A stretch of 64,000 nt of DNA, from assembly GCA_963800805.1 (NCBI GenBank), contig CAWDCK010000014.1, positions 18,170 to 82,169 of the forward strand, given 5' to 3'. Below, piece by piece: positions 36,705-47,059 of this stretch; the stretch's first letter is position 1, and each line of letters starts with the position of its first letter. Source of the stretch: an uncultured Armatimonadetes bacterium. Its GTDB lineage: Bacteria > Armatimonadota > Fimbriimonadia > Fimbriimonadales > Fimbriimonadaceae. Position numbers and translations under genes: made by a program. The notes beneath the pieces were generated by a model. That model was not told the origin of the DNA. It did not search any database and saw only the letters and a program-made list of their open reading frames with translations.

Positions 36705-36718
36705 TTCAATTCAAACAA

Positions 36719-39307
36719 TCAGTTTCCGCCTTTATCAGAAAAATCTGCTCGTCCGCGGTAGTAATCACCTAACAAATGTTCGGCAAAATACTCCATCGTC
36801 ATCTGATTAAAGTAGCCGGTGTATGGACCAAATCCATGAGCTTGACCCGGCATGATCATAAAATCAAACCGTTTGTTGGCTTTTATCAAAGCATTGACCA
36901 ATCTCACGCTTCCGGCAGGATGTACATTGTTGTCCATGTCACCATGAACAATAAGCAAATGTCCTTTTAGGTTAGCGGCAAGCTCGTGATTGGCAGGAAC
37001 TTTGATATCAAATCGAGTTTTCGTATCCGATTTACCATCTTGGGCCGCAGAATCGGCTTGCATCAACAAAAAGGCATCTTCAAGGTCAGAAACGATTGGG
37101 TCACTGCCAGCCGTCCGGCCACGATTAGCCGTTGAAGTTCCTGTCGATTCCAATGGCACCTCTTTCAATCCATGATGCTGTTCACTCCAATTCTGGTTAT
37201 AAACATTGTTATCATGATTTCCCGCACTTGAAACGCCAACTTTGAAGAACTCATTAAACGGAGGCAAGAGCAAGGCTGCCCCTGTCATAAATCCGCCACC
37301 AGAATGACCATAGATTCCAACACGATCAGTATCGATCCATGGATATCTACGACCGAGTTCCTCGATTCCAGCTTTCTTATCGGCCAAGCCATAATCGCGA
37401 AGGTTAAAGTATCCGAAGCTGTGATAAGCATTGGAACGTGCTGGGTTTCCACCTCGGTTGCCAATCTGAATAACAATAAATCCTAATTGTGCCAATTGCT
37501 GCAGCGAAGTCGAAGTTGTAAAAGTGGAAGAAACGCTCTCGGTCTGCGGCCCTGGGTAAACGTACGCAATGATTGGATACGATTTCTTGGCGTCAAAGTC
37601 GCCCGGCTTCCACATATTTCCATAAATGTCATTCACGCCATCCGCAGCTTTCACAACAAATGGTTCAGGCATTTTCCAGCCTGCTGCAACTAGGCGAGAA
37701 ATATCCATTTCTTCTAGCGGCATGACTTCATTACCGTCTTTATCAAGTAGAGAAATCTTGCTCGGCAAATCAATTCGGCTAGCTGTATTCACGATAAATT
37801 GCTTATCATCCGAAAGACTAGCACGGTGATCAGCCGAACCCGGGTTCAATAATTGCAAGTTATTCCCATCGAGTTTCACTCGATACAAGTGATTAAAATA
37901 AGGATTTTCTCCTTCTTCTCTACCCTGGCCACCAACCCAGATCATTTCCGATTTTTCATCCAATTCTGCAATGCTAGATGCTCGCCAAGGACCACTCGTA
38001 ATGGCATTTTTCAACTTTCCATCATTGCCATAAAGATAATAATGCCCCCAGCCTGACCGCTCAGAAAACCAAACAAAATCTCCACCTGGCTTCACATATC
38101 TCACATTTTGAGTTTCTAAAAACGCATTCTCAGTTTTCTCAGTCAGCAAAACTTTCATTGATTTTGATTTCAAATCAAGTTCTATCAGCTCCAAATTTCG
38201 TTGCAATCGATCTCTTCTCACAAATCGTAGAGAGTCACTGGTTGTGTCTTGGAAGTGAATATCAAAAATCCGCTGATCTTTATATCTCTCAACCGGAAGT
38301 TTTTCTAGCTTTTTTGCTTCTCGATCAAAAGCAAAAACTTCAACTTGACTCACGTCAGCATCGCCAGGCATCGAATACTTATAGGTAAGCAATGTTGGAC
38401 GAGGTTCGGAAAGCGAATTCACCAGCCAAAGGTCTTTGACTTTACGGCTATCTCCTCGCGTTACATAAAAACGATTGGAATCTTTGCTCCAAGTTACTCG
38501 CGCCCGAACTCTGCCTTCCTTGTCTCCAGATTGCTGGCCCTGCGTTTGTTCTCCGTCATCTTCAGAACCCGTTCCTTGACGGGCACCAAAACTGTAATTA
38601 TCCGCCCCGTCAGTGGTCAATTGAATCGGATCAGATTCCTTTTCCCGCTTCTCATCCAAGTATTCAACATAAAAAAGGTTGTGATCCTTGGCGTAAACGT
38701 AACCCTTTTTGTCAGGAGATTCATTCTTAAAAGCGTTCGCGTTTCCGGACTGTGCGCCACCACCGCCACGGCGGCCCGTATTATCAGATTGGTTGCTTCG
38801 GACTTCACCAAGCTTCTTCAGTGCCCCCGATTTTCGATTATATTCGTAGCGCATATTGTCGCAAACAAAGCGCATGATCAACTCATCTTTTTCGTCAAAA
38901 GTGACAGTGCTGATCCGCAAAGTAGTGGAATCAATTGGTTTGAAATTTGCCTCAGTAATCAATGCCGCCATTTTTGCCGAATCAAATAATGGCTCCTTCT
39001 TTTTGGCTTTAGAGTCAACTAGCCAGTACTTCGTACCGGTCGAATCACTCCAGCTATACCAAAAACGATTTGTCTTATTGATCCATCCTGGGCTTAAATT
39101 CGAACTATAAAGATATGGAGAAAGTGAAGCCGAGGTGTACTGGTTTGCCAATTTCCAATTTGCAACATTCTTATGTTGATGAGTATCTAATTGACCAAAT
39201 GAAAGGGAACTGATTCCAATGGCAGCCGTTGCCAAAATTAACATCCGCGATCGAAAACAACGAGACATGATTGAGAGTTTTAGCAGAATACAACGCTGCT
39301 TCAACAT
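36719..39307 (-). CDS. S9B dipeptidyl peptidase IV-like serine peptidase, secreted
   Basis: DPP IV N-terminal propeller region, GHSGGG nucleophile, HGDMDNNV and GQAHG catalytic motifs. The true start is probably 13-21 codons downstream. Confidence 0.9.
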   Translation of the reverse strand: MLKQRCILLKLSIMSRCFRSRMLILATAAIGISSLSFGQLDTHQHKNVANWKLANQYTSASLSPYLYSSNLSPGWINKTNRFWYSWSDSTGTKYWLVDSKAKKKEPLFDSAKMAALITEANFKPIDSTTLRISTVTFDEKDELIMRFVCDNMRYEYNRKSGALKKLGEVRSNQSDNTGRRGGGGAQSGNANAFKNESPDKKGYVYAKDHNLFYVEYLDEKREKESDPIQLTTDGADNYSFGARQGTGSEDDGEQTQGQQSGDKEGRVRARVTWSKDSNRFYVTRGDSRKVKDLWLVNSLSEPRPTLLTYKYSMPGDADVSQVEVFAFDREAKKLEKLPVERYKDQRIFDIHFQDTTSDSLRFVRRDRLQRNLELIELDLKSKSMKVLLTEKTENAFLETQNVRYVKPGGDFVWFSERSGWGHYYLYGNDGKLKNAITSGPWRASSIAELDEKSEMIWVGGQGREEGENPYFNHLYRVKLDGNNLQLLNPGSADHRASLSDDKQFIVNTASRIDLPSKISLLDKDGNEVMPLEEMDISRLVAAGWKMPEPFVVKAADGVNDIYGNMWKPGDFDAKKSYPIIAYVYPGPQTESVSSTFTTSTSLQQLAQLGFIVIQIGNRGGNPARSNAYHSFGYFNLRDYGLADKKAGIEELGRRYPWIDTDRVGIYGHSGGGFMTGAALLLPPFNEFFKVGVSSAGNHDNNVYNQNWSEQHHGLKEVPLESTGTSTANRGRTAGSDPIVSDLEDAFLLMQADSAAQDGKSDTKTRFDIKVPANHELAANLKGHLLIVHGDMDNNVHPAGSVRLVNALIKANKRFDFMIMPGQAHGFGPYTGYFNQMTMEYFAEHLLGDYYRGRADFSDKGGN

Positions 39308-39396
39308 AAATATTGTTTCTAACTCAATATCTTCAACCTAACAAATCTTGATGATTCGGCAACTTCAGGATTTGCGCCCATCAAAATTAACTAAAA

Positions 39397-40167
39397 TTGA
39401 CATCAATGCTAATGATGATCCCCTTTGTACTACTGAATGAGCAGGCGAAAAATGAGATCGAAACATATCCCGTCGTCATGATTCACGGGGCCGGAGGAGG
39501 AGCATGGGAGTACGATTTTTGGACCTCTACTTTTCGAAAAGGTGGCTTTCACACAATTTCAAAAAACCTTAATCCAATAAACGGAAGATATCAAGACACA
39601 TCCTTTCAAGATTATAAAAACCAAGTCATCGAGTGGATTCCAAACCTGCAACGACCAATTCTTATTGGAGCTTCAATGGGCGGAATTCTTGCGCTGTCAA
39701 TTTCGTCACTGGTAAGTCCAAAGGCCATAATCCTAATCAATCCTGTTCCTCCCGTTGGCTTTCGAAATCCTCCAAAAACTCCATACCCTCAACTAATCGA
39801 ATGGGAAAATGGACCGCTAAAAGATTCGATAGATGCCATGCCAGACTCTGATCAGGAAACGATAATCTGGGCCCATAAACTTTGGCGGAATGAGTCTGGA
39901 ACTGTGCTCAATACAATTTCAAACCCCGGTATCAAGATTCAAAACCCCGAATGTCCAATCCTCATGGTCATTTCAGAAGCCGATACCGATATCCCTCCAG
40001 AAACATCCAAAAAACTTGCGCAACACCTCAATGCCGATACTCTTCTCCTACCAAAAACATCCCATGTCGGGCCACTTCTCGGTAAAAATGCAGAGTCAAT
40101 TGCTAAATCTGCATTGAATTGGTTAAGAAAGAATCTGAATTGCCAGGGCCAAAAAGCGAGGCAATGA
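39397..40167 (+). CDS. Alpha/beta hydrolase
   Basis: IHGAGGG, GASMGG nucleophile elbow, EADTD and SHVG motifs. Confidence 0.85.
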   Translation: MTSMLMMIPFVLLNEQAKNEIETYPVVMIHGAGGGAWEYDFWTSTFRKGGFHTISKNLNPINGRYQDTSFQDYKNQVIEWIPNLQRPILIGASMGGILALSISSLVSPKAIILINPVPPVGFRNPPKTPYPQLIEWENGPLKDSIDAMPDSDQETIIWAHKLWRNESGTVLNTISNPGIKIQNPECPILMVISEADTDIPPETSKKLAQHLNADTLLLPKTSHVGPLLGKNAESIAKSALNWLRKNLNCQGQKARQ

Positions 40168-40265
40168 AAAGGTTGGTATCTTAATACCGACGAGATCAAA
40201 GATGCTCTCTTCCTCAAAATATTTTTCATATATCATTTTTGAGTATGAATAGAGATGACTAAAAA

Positions 40266-41273
40266 ATGAGCGAAGCTTCTGTCAGCATTTTTCATGGCCC
40301 AAATCAGCCGTTAACAATTGAAAGCCAACATCTCCCAATTGGAGAGCTTCAGAGCAATGAAGTTTTGATTAAAATTCAATTGGCAACAATTTGTGGTTCT
40401 GATATCTGGTCATTTTCAGGAAGTCGACCTACCAATGCCCCTCTCACGATGGGCCATGAAGGTGTCGGCATTGTTATCGAATCAGCCCGCAGAGATATTC
40501 AACCGGGACAAAGAGTAGTTTGGTCAATTGTCGATGCCTGTGGAAGATGTCCGTATTGTACAGATTACGACTTGCCCCAAAAATGCGATCAACAACTCAA
40601 ATATGGACATACAGACAGCAATCTAAGCGGAACATTTGCGAGCCACATGCTTCTCCGGGCCGGCACGACCATTCTTCCTGTTTCTCCGGATCTCAATGAT
40701 GCGCTTGCCTCAACTCTTTGCTGCGCTTGGTCAACTGCCGAAGCATGCCTAGAACAACTACCTACAGATGCCCGAACCATCACTGTCGTGGGATTGGGAA
40801 TGGTTGGAATTGCGGCTGCATTTTTGGCTCAAAGAAATGGCAGAACCGTATATGTCCTTGATAGTCGAGAAGACAAGCAAGCCTTAGCAAGAGAGATCGG
40901 ACTCCAAACTTCAATTCCTGTTCAGGTTGATGCCGTTATCGAAGCAACTGGGCACATCCAACCTTTTGAGCAAGCATTAGACCAACTCCGAACCGGAGGC
41001 ACTGCCGTAATCGCCGGACTCGTTCATCCAGAATCTCACATCACTTTCCCCATTGAACGACTTGTCAAAAAATCTTGGCGTTGGATCGGAGTGCACAACT
41101 ACAATCCCAGGCATCTCCATCGAGCTCTTGTAAACGCCCATGCGTTTCAAGACAAAATAGAACCAGCAAGAGTTTTCAGCCCTGCATTTGAACTTGAAGA
41201 AATTGATTCTGCCATGAAAGAAGCGCATTCCGGAAAATGGCTTCGTGTTCCCCTAAAACCTCCAACAACATAA
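40266..41273 (+). CDS. Zinc-binding alcohol dehydrogenase (MDR family)
   Basis: ICGSD, GHEGVG, structural Zn CGRCPYC...C, and GLGMVG Rossmann motif. Confidence 0.88.
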   Translation: MSEASVSIFHGPNQPLTIESQHLPIGELQSNEVLIKIQLATICGSDIWSFSGSRPTNAPLTMGHEGVGIVIESARRDIQPGQRVVWSIVDACGRCPYCTDYDLPQKCDQQLKYGHTDSNLSGTFASHMLLRAGTTILPVSPDLNDALASTLCCAWSTAEACLEQLPTDARTITVVGLGMVGIAAAFLAQRNGRTVYVLDSREDKQALAREIGLQTSIPVQVDAVIEATGHIQPFEQALDQLRTGGTAVIAGLVHPESHITFPIERLVKKSWRWIGVHNYNPRHLHRALVNAHAFQDKIEPARVFSPAFELEEIDSAMKEAHSGKWLRVPLKPPTT

Positions 41274-41306
41274 AAAAACCTCAGCCAATTGCAATCTTGG
41301 CTGAGG
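41272..41306 (-). terminator. Intrinsic terminator between convergent genes
   Basis: CCTCAGCCAA/TTGGCTGAGG 10-bp stem with an A7 run on the left, which is a U tract on the minus strand. Confidence 0.75.
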
Positions 41307-41326
41307 GACATATTCTCTATGAAAGA

Positions 41327-43882
41327 TTAGTTTCCGGTTTTTGAGCCATATTTTTTTGCGGCACAAATTCCACATCCGTCATGTTCAATCTCCGAATCAT
41401 CAACTCCAAATGGAAATGTAAATGATGGAGCTGCTGCGGCTGCTACTGCTGGCGGGAACTTCAATGCTTGATCCATCAGCATCACAAGGTCATTAAGATG
41501 CTCAAGCGTCAAAGAGTCCTTAATCTTCGGCAATGCTGCTGTAATTGCCGATTTTTCAGCTTTCATTTCAGCCAATGCATAAGCCCGAATATCACTTGTT
41601 GGCGATGATAGCTTTTCAATGAGAGTATTGACCATCGTTCTCTGAACGGATCTTCTATAACGATCAACTTTAGGAGCCGACATTGTCAACTCAGACCAAA
41701 CAGCAACACGTAGATCGTTTAGCATTTCCTTCACAGAATATGCCTTTCCTCCGTATGAAGATTCATTATCTAACATTCGGCCGAGTCGACCATTGTTAAG
41801 TAATCCACTGATCACGCGATTTTGAGCAGAAGTGATTCGTCCTGCGCCAGAGTCATTGCCAGTGCGTGCAACAACATCAATTGGATTCAACCAAGTTGGT
41901 GCAACTAAAACGTTGTCGCCCAGCCACTTCACAGCCGCTTTTTGCCGATCCTGCGGAACTGGGTTATAGACCAAACCGCCGCGTCCCGCATGATAGTCGG
42001 TTTGAACGACACCGCCTACCATAGTCGTCACATGACCAATATATCGATTAAATTGCGACCAAAGCGAACCGTGCCATGTAGCCAGATCACTGTAGTCTTT
42101 TCCAAATTTTGAAGTGCCCGGCAATAAGTAACCGACAGACCGTTTTAAGTTCGTTACACCATAAGTGCTTGCCACAACAGCATCATCTCCCAATGCTTCA
42201 GCTTGCGCTGTAGGATCAGAACCGTTAAAGTTATCGTAAAACCTGAGAAGGGGATTTGCAACCTGCATTCCGGCCCAAGCATCTAATGTTGCAAATTCAT
42301 CTTCAGGTTTAGAAGCCGAAATTGGAGCATAACCCCATTTGATCGAATACTTATCATAAGGGCCAACAATCGGAATCAAATTCGCGCCGTCTCCAGGTTG
42401 AGCGACATAGTTAAATCGAGCGTAATCCATAATTGATCCCGCCGTTCCATTTTCGCTAGTCCATTTCGGATCTCTGAGCCATTCTGTTGGCACCATTGCC
42501 GAACTCTTGCCGTTATGGGGCAAGCCCAAGGTATGACCAACTTCATGGGCCACAACAAATCGCAATAGTTCTCCTGTCAGCTCAACTGGAAATGGCATTT
42601 TTTGGGCTCGCGGATCATTTGCCGATGCTTGCGAAAAATACCACTCATTAGAAAGCTTTAACACGTCATGCCACATAATCACGTGAGCACTGAGGATCTC
42701 GCCACTTCTCGGATCAGCGACATGGGGGCCCATCGCATTGGCAATTGGCAGTGGAGCCCACCGAATTACAGAATGTCGAACATCTTCTGGACTCCAATTC
42801 GGGTCTTCTGCTTCTGTAGGGGCATCTTTCGCAATAATCGCATTCTTAAATCCAGCTGCTTCAAAAGCGACCTGCCAGTCCTCAATTCCTTTCTTGATAT
42901 AGGAATGCCAAATCTCAGGGACTTCGCGACTAATGTAATACACGATTGGCTCAACTGGCTCACTCAGTGCTGCTGAAGGATCTTTTTTCTCTAACCGGTA
43001 TCTGGAAATATATGCATGAGCTTCAGTTCCTTGACCTTGGCCATCATATTCTGTAAAACCGTATGAAAAGTATCCAACGCGGGAATCAGCAAGCCGTCCC
43101 ATCATTGGTTTTTCGGGCAATAGAACAAGGCTTGTGTGAATTGAGCCTGTAGCACTGCCTCCTCCGCTACGCCCCGCCGCAGCTGCGCCACTCACGGTTC
43201 GTGTCACTTCAACATTGATATTTTCTGGAAAAGCAACAACTCGATCGACAAAAGACCGTGAAGCATCAATGTTTCCGGCGGAACCACCCCTAAATTCGGG
43301 AATCCCATTGATAAAAAATCGTGAAACATCAACAAGCATGCCTCCTGATTCCGAAGTCGCTTTCACATCCAGAGATAACACAATCGGATCAATATTTGAA
43401 CCAGCGACTGCACGTTTCATGGCTTCGCCGCCTTTTGCTCTTACCGAATAATCCACGGTGCGAACCAATATAGCCTTGCCTCGCTTTTCAAATCTAATGA
43501 CTCCCGTATCCAAATCAGAACCGGAATAGCCACCAGAAGGAGTCGTCTTGTTTTCGGAATAAATAAGAAACTCGCGGTTAAGCATTGCTTCTGAAATTTC
43601 AAACAAAATTGAGTTCTCTTTAACATAGGCGTTAAACATCCCTTCCTGCTTAACATAATCTTTAACGGCCTTATCCCAATCCGACTCTTTAGGCTTATCA
43701 TCCGCTTTTTGAGGATCAGTTGGCTTTGTGCCGCCATCTTGAACCGCATCAAGTACTGAACTTATTGGCGTCGAGCTAGGCGAATAGTTGTCAGATATTG
43801 CCAACGGCAAAAATGTCCCTTTGGCAAGAATCGAGGCTGCAACAATTGTCATTCCAAATGTCATAAGTGAATCACCACTCAA
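41327..43882 (-). CDS. Secreted zinc-dependent metalloprotease (DUF5117/DUF4953, EcxA-like)
   Basis: HEVGHTLGLPHN zincin motif, SIMDY Met-turn and DPRSGEIL. The likely start is 43864. Confidence 0.88.
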   Translation of the reverse strand: MSGDSLMTFGMTIVAASILAKGTFLPLAISDNYSPSSTPISSVLDAVQDGGTKPTDPQKADDKPKESDWDKAVKDYVKQEGMFNAYVKENSILFEISEAMLNREFLIYSENKTTPSGGYSGSDLDTGVIRFEKRGKAILVRTVDYSVRAKGGEAMKRAVAGSNIDPIVLSLDVKATSESGGMLVDVSRFFINGIPEFRGGSAGNIDASRSFVDRVVAFPENINVEVTRTVSGAAAAGRSGGGSATGSIHTSLVLLPEKPMMGRLADSRVGYFSYGFTEYDGQGQGTEAHAYISRYRLEKKDPSAALSEPVEPIVYYISREVPEIWHSYIKKGIEDWQVAFEAAGFKNAIIAKDAPTEAEDPNWSPEDVRHSVIRWAPLPIANAMGPHVADPRSGEILSAHVIMWHDVLKLSNEWYFSQASANDPRAQKMPFPVELTGELLRFVVAHEVGHTLGLPHNGKSSAMVPTEWLRDPKWTSENGTAGSIMDYARFNYVAQPGDGANLIPIVGPYDKYSIKWGYAPISASKPEDEFATLDAWAGMQVANPLLRFYDNFNGSDPTAQAEALGDDAVVASTYGVTNLKRSVGYLLPGTSKFGKDYSDLATWHGSLWSQFNRYIGHVTTMVGGVVQTDYHAGRGGLVYNPVPQDRQKAAVKWLGDNVLVAPTWLNPIDVVARTGNDSGAGRITSAQNRVISGLLNNGRLGRMLDNESSYGGKAYSVKEMLNDLRVAVWSELTMSAPKVDRYRRSVQRTMVNTLIEKLSSPTSDIRAYALAEMKAEKSAITAALPKIKDSLTLEHLNDLVMLMDQALKFPPAVAAAAAPSFTFPFGVDDSEIEHDGCGICAAKKYGSKTGN

Positions 43883-43918
43883 TCAATATGACACGAATTC
43901 AGGATTAGTTCCTTAGTT

Positions 43919-44551
43919 TTATGTAAGTTCTGCTTTTCCTTCCGCCAGCAAAGAATCATCCGAAACTTCGACAACCGCGTGAGTAACCGTTTGGTCTAAG
44001 ACATCTAAACCAAGTTGCCCGGCAAGTTCATGGGCACGATGAAGCATTTCAGAATGAAAATCTCTTCGCTCTAACGATTCAAGATAATTCACGGGCTGAG
44101 TATCAACCAAAAATCCTTGCCGCAACGGATCTTTCCAAACCATGACTAAGCGATATTGGTCGAAAGATTCGGCATTAGGGTCGTTTTCGTGCTTTCCAGC
44201 GTCCAGAAATGTATCCTTTCTTATGGCAAGACACTGAAATTTAGCGACACATTTTCCCCGTTCACCCCAAAAGAAAATTGGTAAAAAACCTTTAACATTT
44301 TGGTAGGTGCCAGCACGCAAATTCAAGGAAAATCTGACTGTGTATAGAGAAACCAACATTGCACCGATAAACAACGCCCCCGCGACATAAACTTCCGGCC
44401 AATTGACTGACCTTATATTTTGTGTAGCGTGCATCAGCACAAGCCCAGCAACAACAACAACTGCAAGCCCCCACAATCGTTGCCGATTAGGAGTCTGCCA
44501 TGTCAAAATGGAACCATCCTTTTCGTTCTTTTCCTCTAAATAGCCACTCAT
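43919..44551 (-). CDS. Hypothetical membrane protein (2 TM)
   Basis: Two hydrophobic helices followed by a soluble domain. Confidence 0.65.
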   Translation of the reverse strand: MSGYLEEKNEKDGSILTWQTPNRQRLWGLAVVVVAGLVLMHATQNIRSVNWPEVYVAGALFIGAMLVSLYTVRFSLNLRAGTYQNVKGFLPIFFWGERGKCVAKFQCLAIRKDTFLDAGKHENDPNAESFDQYRLVMVWKDPLRQGFLVDTQPVNYLESLERRDFHSEMLHRAHELAGQLGLDVLDQTVTHAVVEVSDDSLLAEGKAELT

Positions 44552-44854
44552 AAAAACTTAACCGTAACTTGATTATAAGATATTTTCAAAGAATTGAAGA
44601 AATATTGAACGAATTTAATGCCTGGCTCCGTCCCCGAGAGGCTACTAAAACCCAGATTTGCGCCCAGACCAACTTCATTCCAATTGGTAAACTCACATCA
44701 AATGGTGCCGGATGGGCAATGTAAAAAAGCACAAAACCAAGAGGGAAAACAATCGACTCTCTTTAATGGCCATGTGTTTCAGGCTCCCATCGCCCAAGAT
44801 TCTATCATTCGCCAAATCAGTGCGGTGCTGGACACAAAGGAACAAACACAACCC

Positions 44855-46279
44855 ATGCCTAACGAAAACTTTGATGCCGATGTAATTGTTATTGGAGCTG
44901 GCCCTGGAGGCTATGTTGCTGCCATTCGATGCGCTCAACTTGGAGCGAAAGTCACCGTTATTGAAAAAGAATATCTCGGTGGTACATGTCTAAACTGGGG
45001 ATGCATTCCTTCAAAAGCCATGATTGGAAGCGTTGAGCGGCTAAACGACGTCAAACATGCCGGCGACCTCGGCGTTGTATTACCGGAAGGGGAAATCAAA
45101 ATGGACTTCCAAAAAATGATGGCCCGCAAAGACAAAATTGTCCAAACCCAGCGAGGCGGTGTTGGTTATCTTTTCAAGAAAAATGGAATTACTCATGTTG
45201 AAGGATTTGCAAAATTCATCGACAAAAACACTATCGAAGTCGATAAAGACGGAAAGAAAACAAAGTTAAAGGCAAAGAACTTCATTCTTGCCATGGGTTC
45301 TTCTGTTATTCACATTCCAATTCCAGGTCTAGAAGGCAAAAGTGAGGATGGAGTCTGGACAAGTGACGATGTGATCGCCGCTACAGAAGTTCCAAAGCGA
45401 ATGTTAGTAATTGGTGGCGGCGCCGTCGGAGTTGAGTTCTCTTATGTTTTCAATGGCGTGGGAACTGAAGTCACTATCGTAGAAATGATGCCGCACCTTA
45501 TTCCATTCTTTGATGAAGACCTTGGCAAAGAGCTTGGAAAACAGCTTTCAAGGTCTGGAATCAATGTTAAAACTGGATCAAACCTTGATAAAGTTGAAAA
45601 ACTACCCGGAGGAGGCTGGAAGTGCTTTGTCACATCAGCCGGCAAAACGGAAGAAATCGAGGTCGATGTTGTGCTACTTGGTGTTGGTCGAAAAGCAAAT
45701 ATCGATGGTATGGATCTCGATAAAATTGGTGTTAAATTACACCGTCGTGGTGTTGAAGTCAAAGACGATACACTTCAAACCCATGTCGATAATATATATG
45801 CAATTGGTGATGTCACTGGTCGTATTCAATTGGCTCACGTTGCCAGCCATGAAGGAATTGTTGTCAGCCATAATATATTAGAGGGCAAAAGCGAAAAAGT
45901 CAGCTATAAAGCTGTTCCAAATGCCGTATATACCGTTCCCGAAGTTGCTTCGGTAGGTTTAACAGAGGGCCAAGCTCGCGAACAATACGGAGAAATTAAA
46001 ATTGGGAAAGGTACTTTCCGACCGAATGGAAAAGCCATGGCGTCCGGTCACCAAGAAGGATTTGTAAAAGTTATCTTTGATGCGAAATATGGTGAATTCC
46101 TAGGCATGCACATGATTGGCAGTCACGTCACAGACATGATTCACGAAGGTGTTATTGCTTACAACCTGGAAGCAACTCTGGAAAGTTTAGTCATGTCGAT
46201 TCATGCGCACCCAACAATGGCCGAAGTAGTTCTCGAAGCATTTGAAGATGCGCACGGCATGGCAATTCACAAAGCCTAA
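44855..46279 (+). CDS. lpdA: Dihydrolipoyl dehydrogenase
   Basis: IGAGPGGY, GGTCLNWGCIPSK redox motif, GDV and HAHPTMAE. The start is set at ATG 44855 after AAGGA. Confidence 0.96.
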   Translation: MPNENFDADVIVIGAGPGGYVAAIRCAQLGAKVTVIEKEYLGGTCLNWGCIPSKAMIGSVERLNDVKHAGDLGVVLPEGEIKMDFQKMMARKDKIVQTQRGGVGYLFKKNGITHVEGFAKFIDKNTIEVDKDGKKTKLKAKNFILAMGSSVIHIPIPGLEGKSEDGVWTSDDVIAATEVPKRMLVIGGGAVGVEFSYVFNGVGTEVTIVEMMPHLIPFFDEDLGKELGKQLSRSGINVKTGSNLDKVEKLPGGGWKCFVTSAGKTEEIEVDVVLLGVGRKANIDGMDLDKIGVKLHRRGVEVKDDTLQTHVDNIYAIGDVTGRIQLAHVASHEGIVVSHNILEGKSEKVSYKAVPNAVYTVPEVASVGLTEGQAREQYGEIKIGKGTFRPNGKAMASGHQEGFVKVIFDAKYGEFLGMHMIGSHVTDMIHEGVIAYNLEATLESLVMSIHAHPTMAEVVLEAFEDAHGMAIHKA

Positions 46280-46291
46280 CAAAAAGACAAA

Positions 46292-46363
46292 GTTTGCCGC
46301 TCGGGCCCGAGGCCAATCCCTCGGATTCTCATCCTGAGAATCCTCCGCCCCCGAGCGGCGGAC
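46292..46363. repeat. GC-rich branched inverted-repeat element between convergent lpdA and tag
   Basis: Outer stem GCCGCTCGGG (46296-305) / CCCGAGCGGC (46350-59) encloses hairpins CCGAGG/CCTCGG and ATTCTC/GAGAAT. Confidence 0.6.
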
Positions 46364-46367
46364 AATT

Positions 46368-46940
46368 TTATCGAGACCACCAAGGATTGGTCTTTCGAAT
46401 TTTCTCCAAAACAGGGCACCCCTCAACGTGAGCTCCTGGCAAATACCCAAGGCTCATCAGAAACTCGCCCGTTATCTCTCCACCTGTAAATTTGAATGTA
46501 TTCTTAAACAGTTTTACCCATAGAATTTTGTCCACTCCTAACTCCAAAGCGTTTTTGTCAAGCCAATTCTCAAACGAGCCAAACTCACTTTGAAGAGCCA
46601 GAATCACTTGAGCATTATGGATCGCCGCCATGATTTTTAACCGATTACGAATGATTCCAGAGTCAGACAATAACTCATTAACTTTTGTGTCTCCAAAATT
46701 TGCAACTTTTTGAATTTCAAAATTATCGTATGCCAAAGAAAACCCAGTTCGTTTCTTAAGAATTGTCTCCCAACTTAGCCCCGCCTGATTGATTTCTAAA
46801 ATCAAACGTTCAAAAAGAGCATTATCATTGTCACGAATAGGAAAACCATATTCGTTGTCATGATAAGATTTATGAACCGGATCAATTCCTAGTTTAGAAA
46901 CTGCCCCACAATATCCAGGCAACTCTGAAAACGTAGACAT
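46368..46940 (-). CDS. tag: DNA-3-methyladenine glycosylase I
   Basis: YHDNEYG, LEINQAGLSWETILKKR, IIRNRLKI and FKFTG...FLMSLG..AH motifs. Confidence 0.92.
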   Translation of the reverse strand: MSTFSELPGYCGAVSKLGIDPVHKSYHDNEYGFPIRDNDNALFERLILEINQAGLSWETILKKRTGFSLAYDNFEIQKVANFGDTKVNELLSDSGIIRNRLKIMAAIHNAQVILALQSEFGSFENWLDKNALELGVDKILWVKLFKNTFKFTGGEITGEFLMSLGYLPGAHVEGCPVLEKIRKTNPWWSR

Positions 46941-47059
46941 ATCTATACATTACCAGTCTGAATCCAAATTATTTTCCCGAATGAACATTTAGTAAAATTT
47001 TTCGTCTCTACTCAAACTATTTGGTGACATCTTTCATGAAAACTCCATACTTAAAGAAT

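Noticed and set aside
44618-44854. 79-aa N-terminal extension of LpdA as a lipoyl domain
   Set aside because: There is no lipoyl DKA/ExDK motif and the composition looks non-coding. ATG 44855 with an SD gives a normal-length protein.
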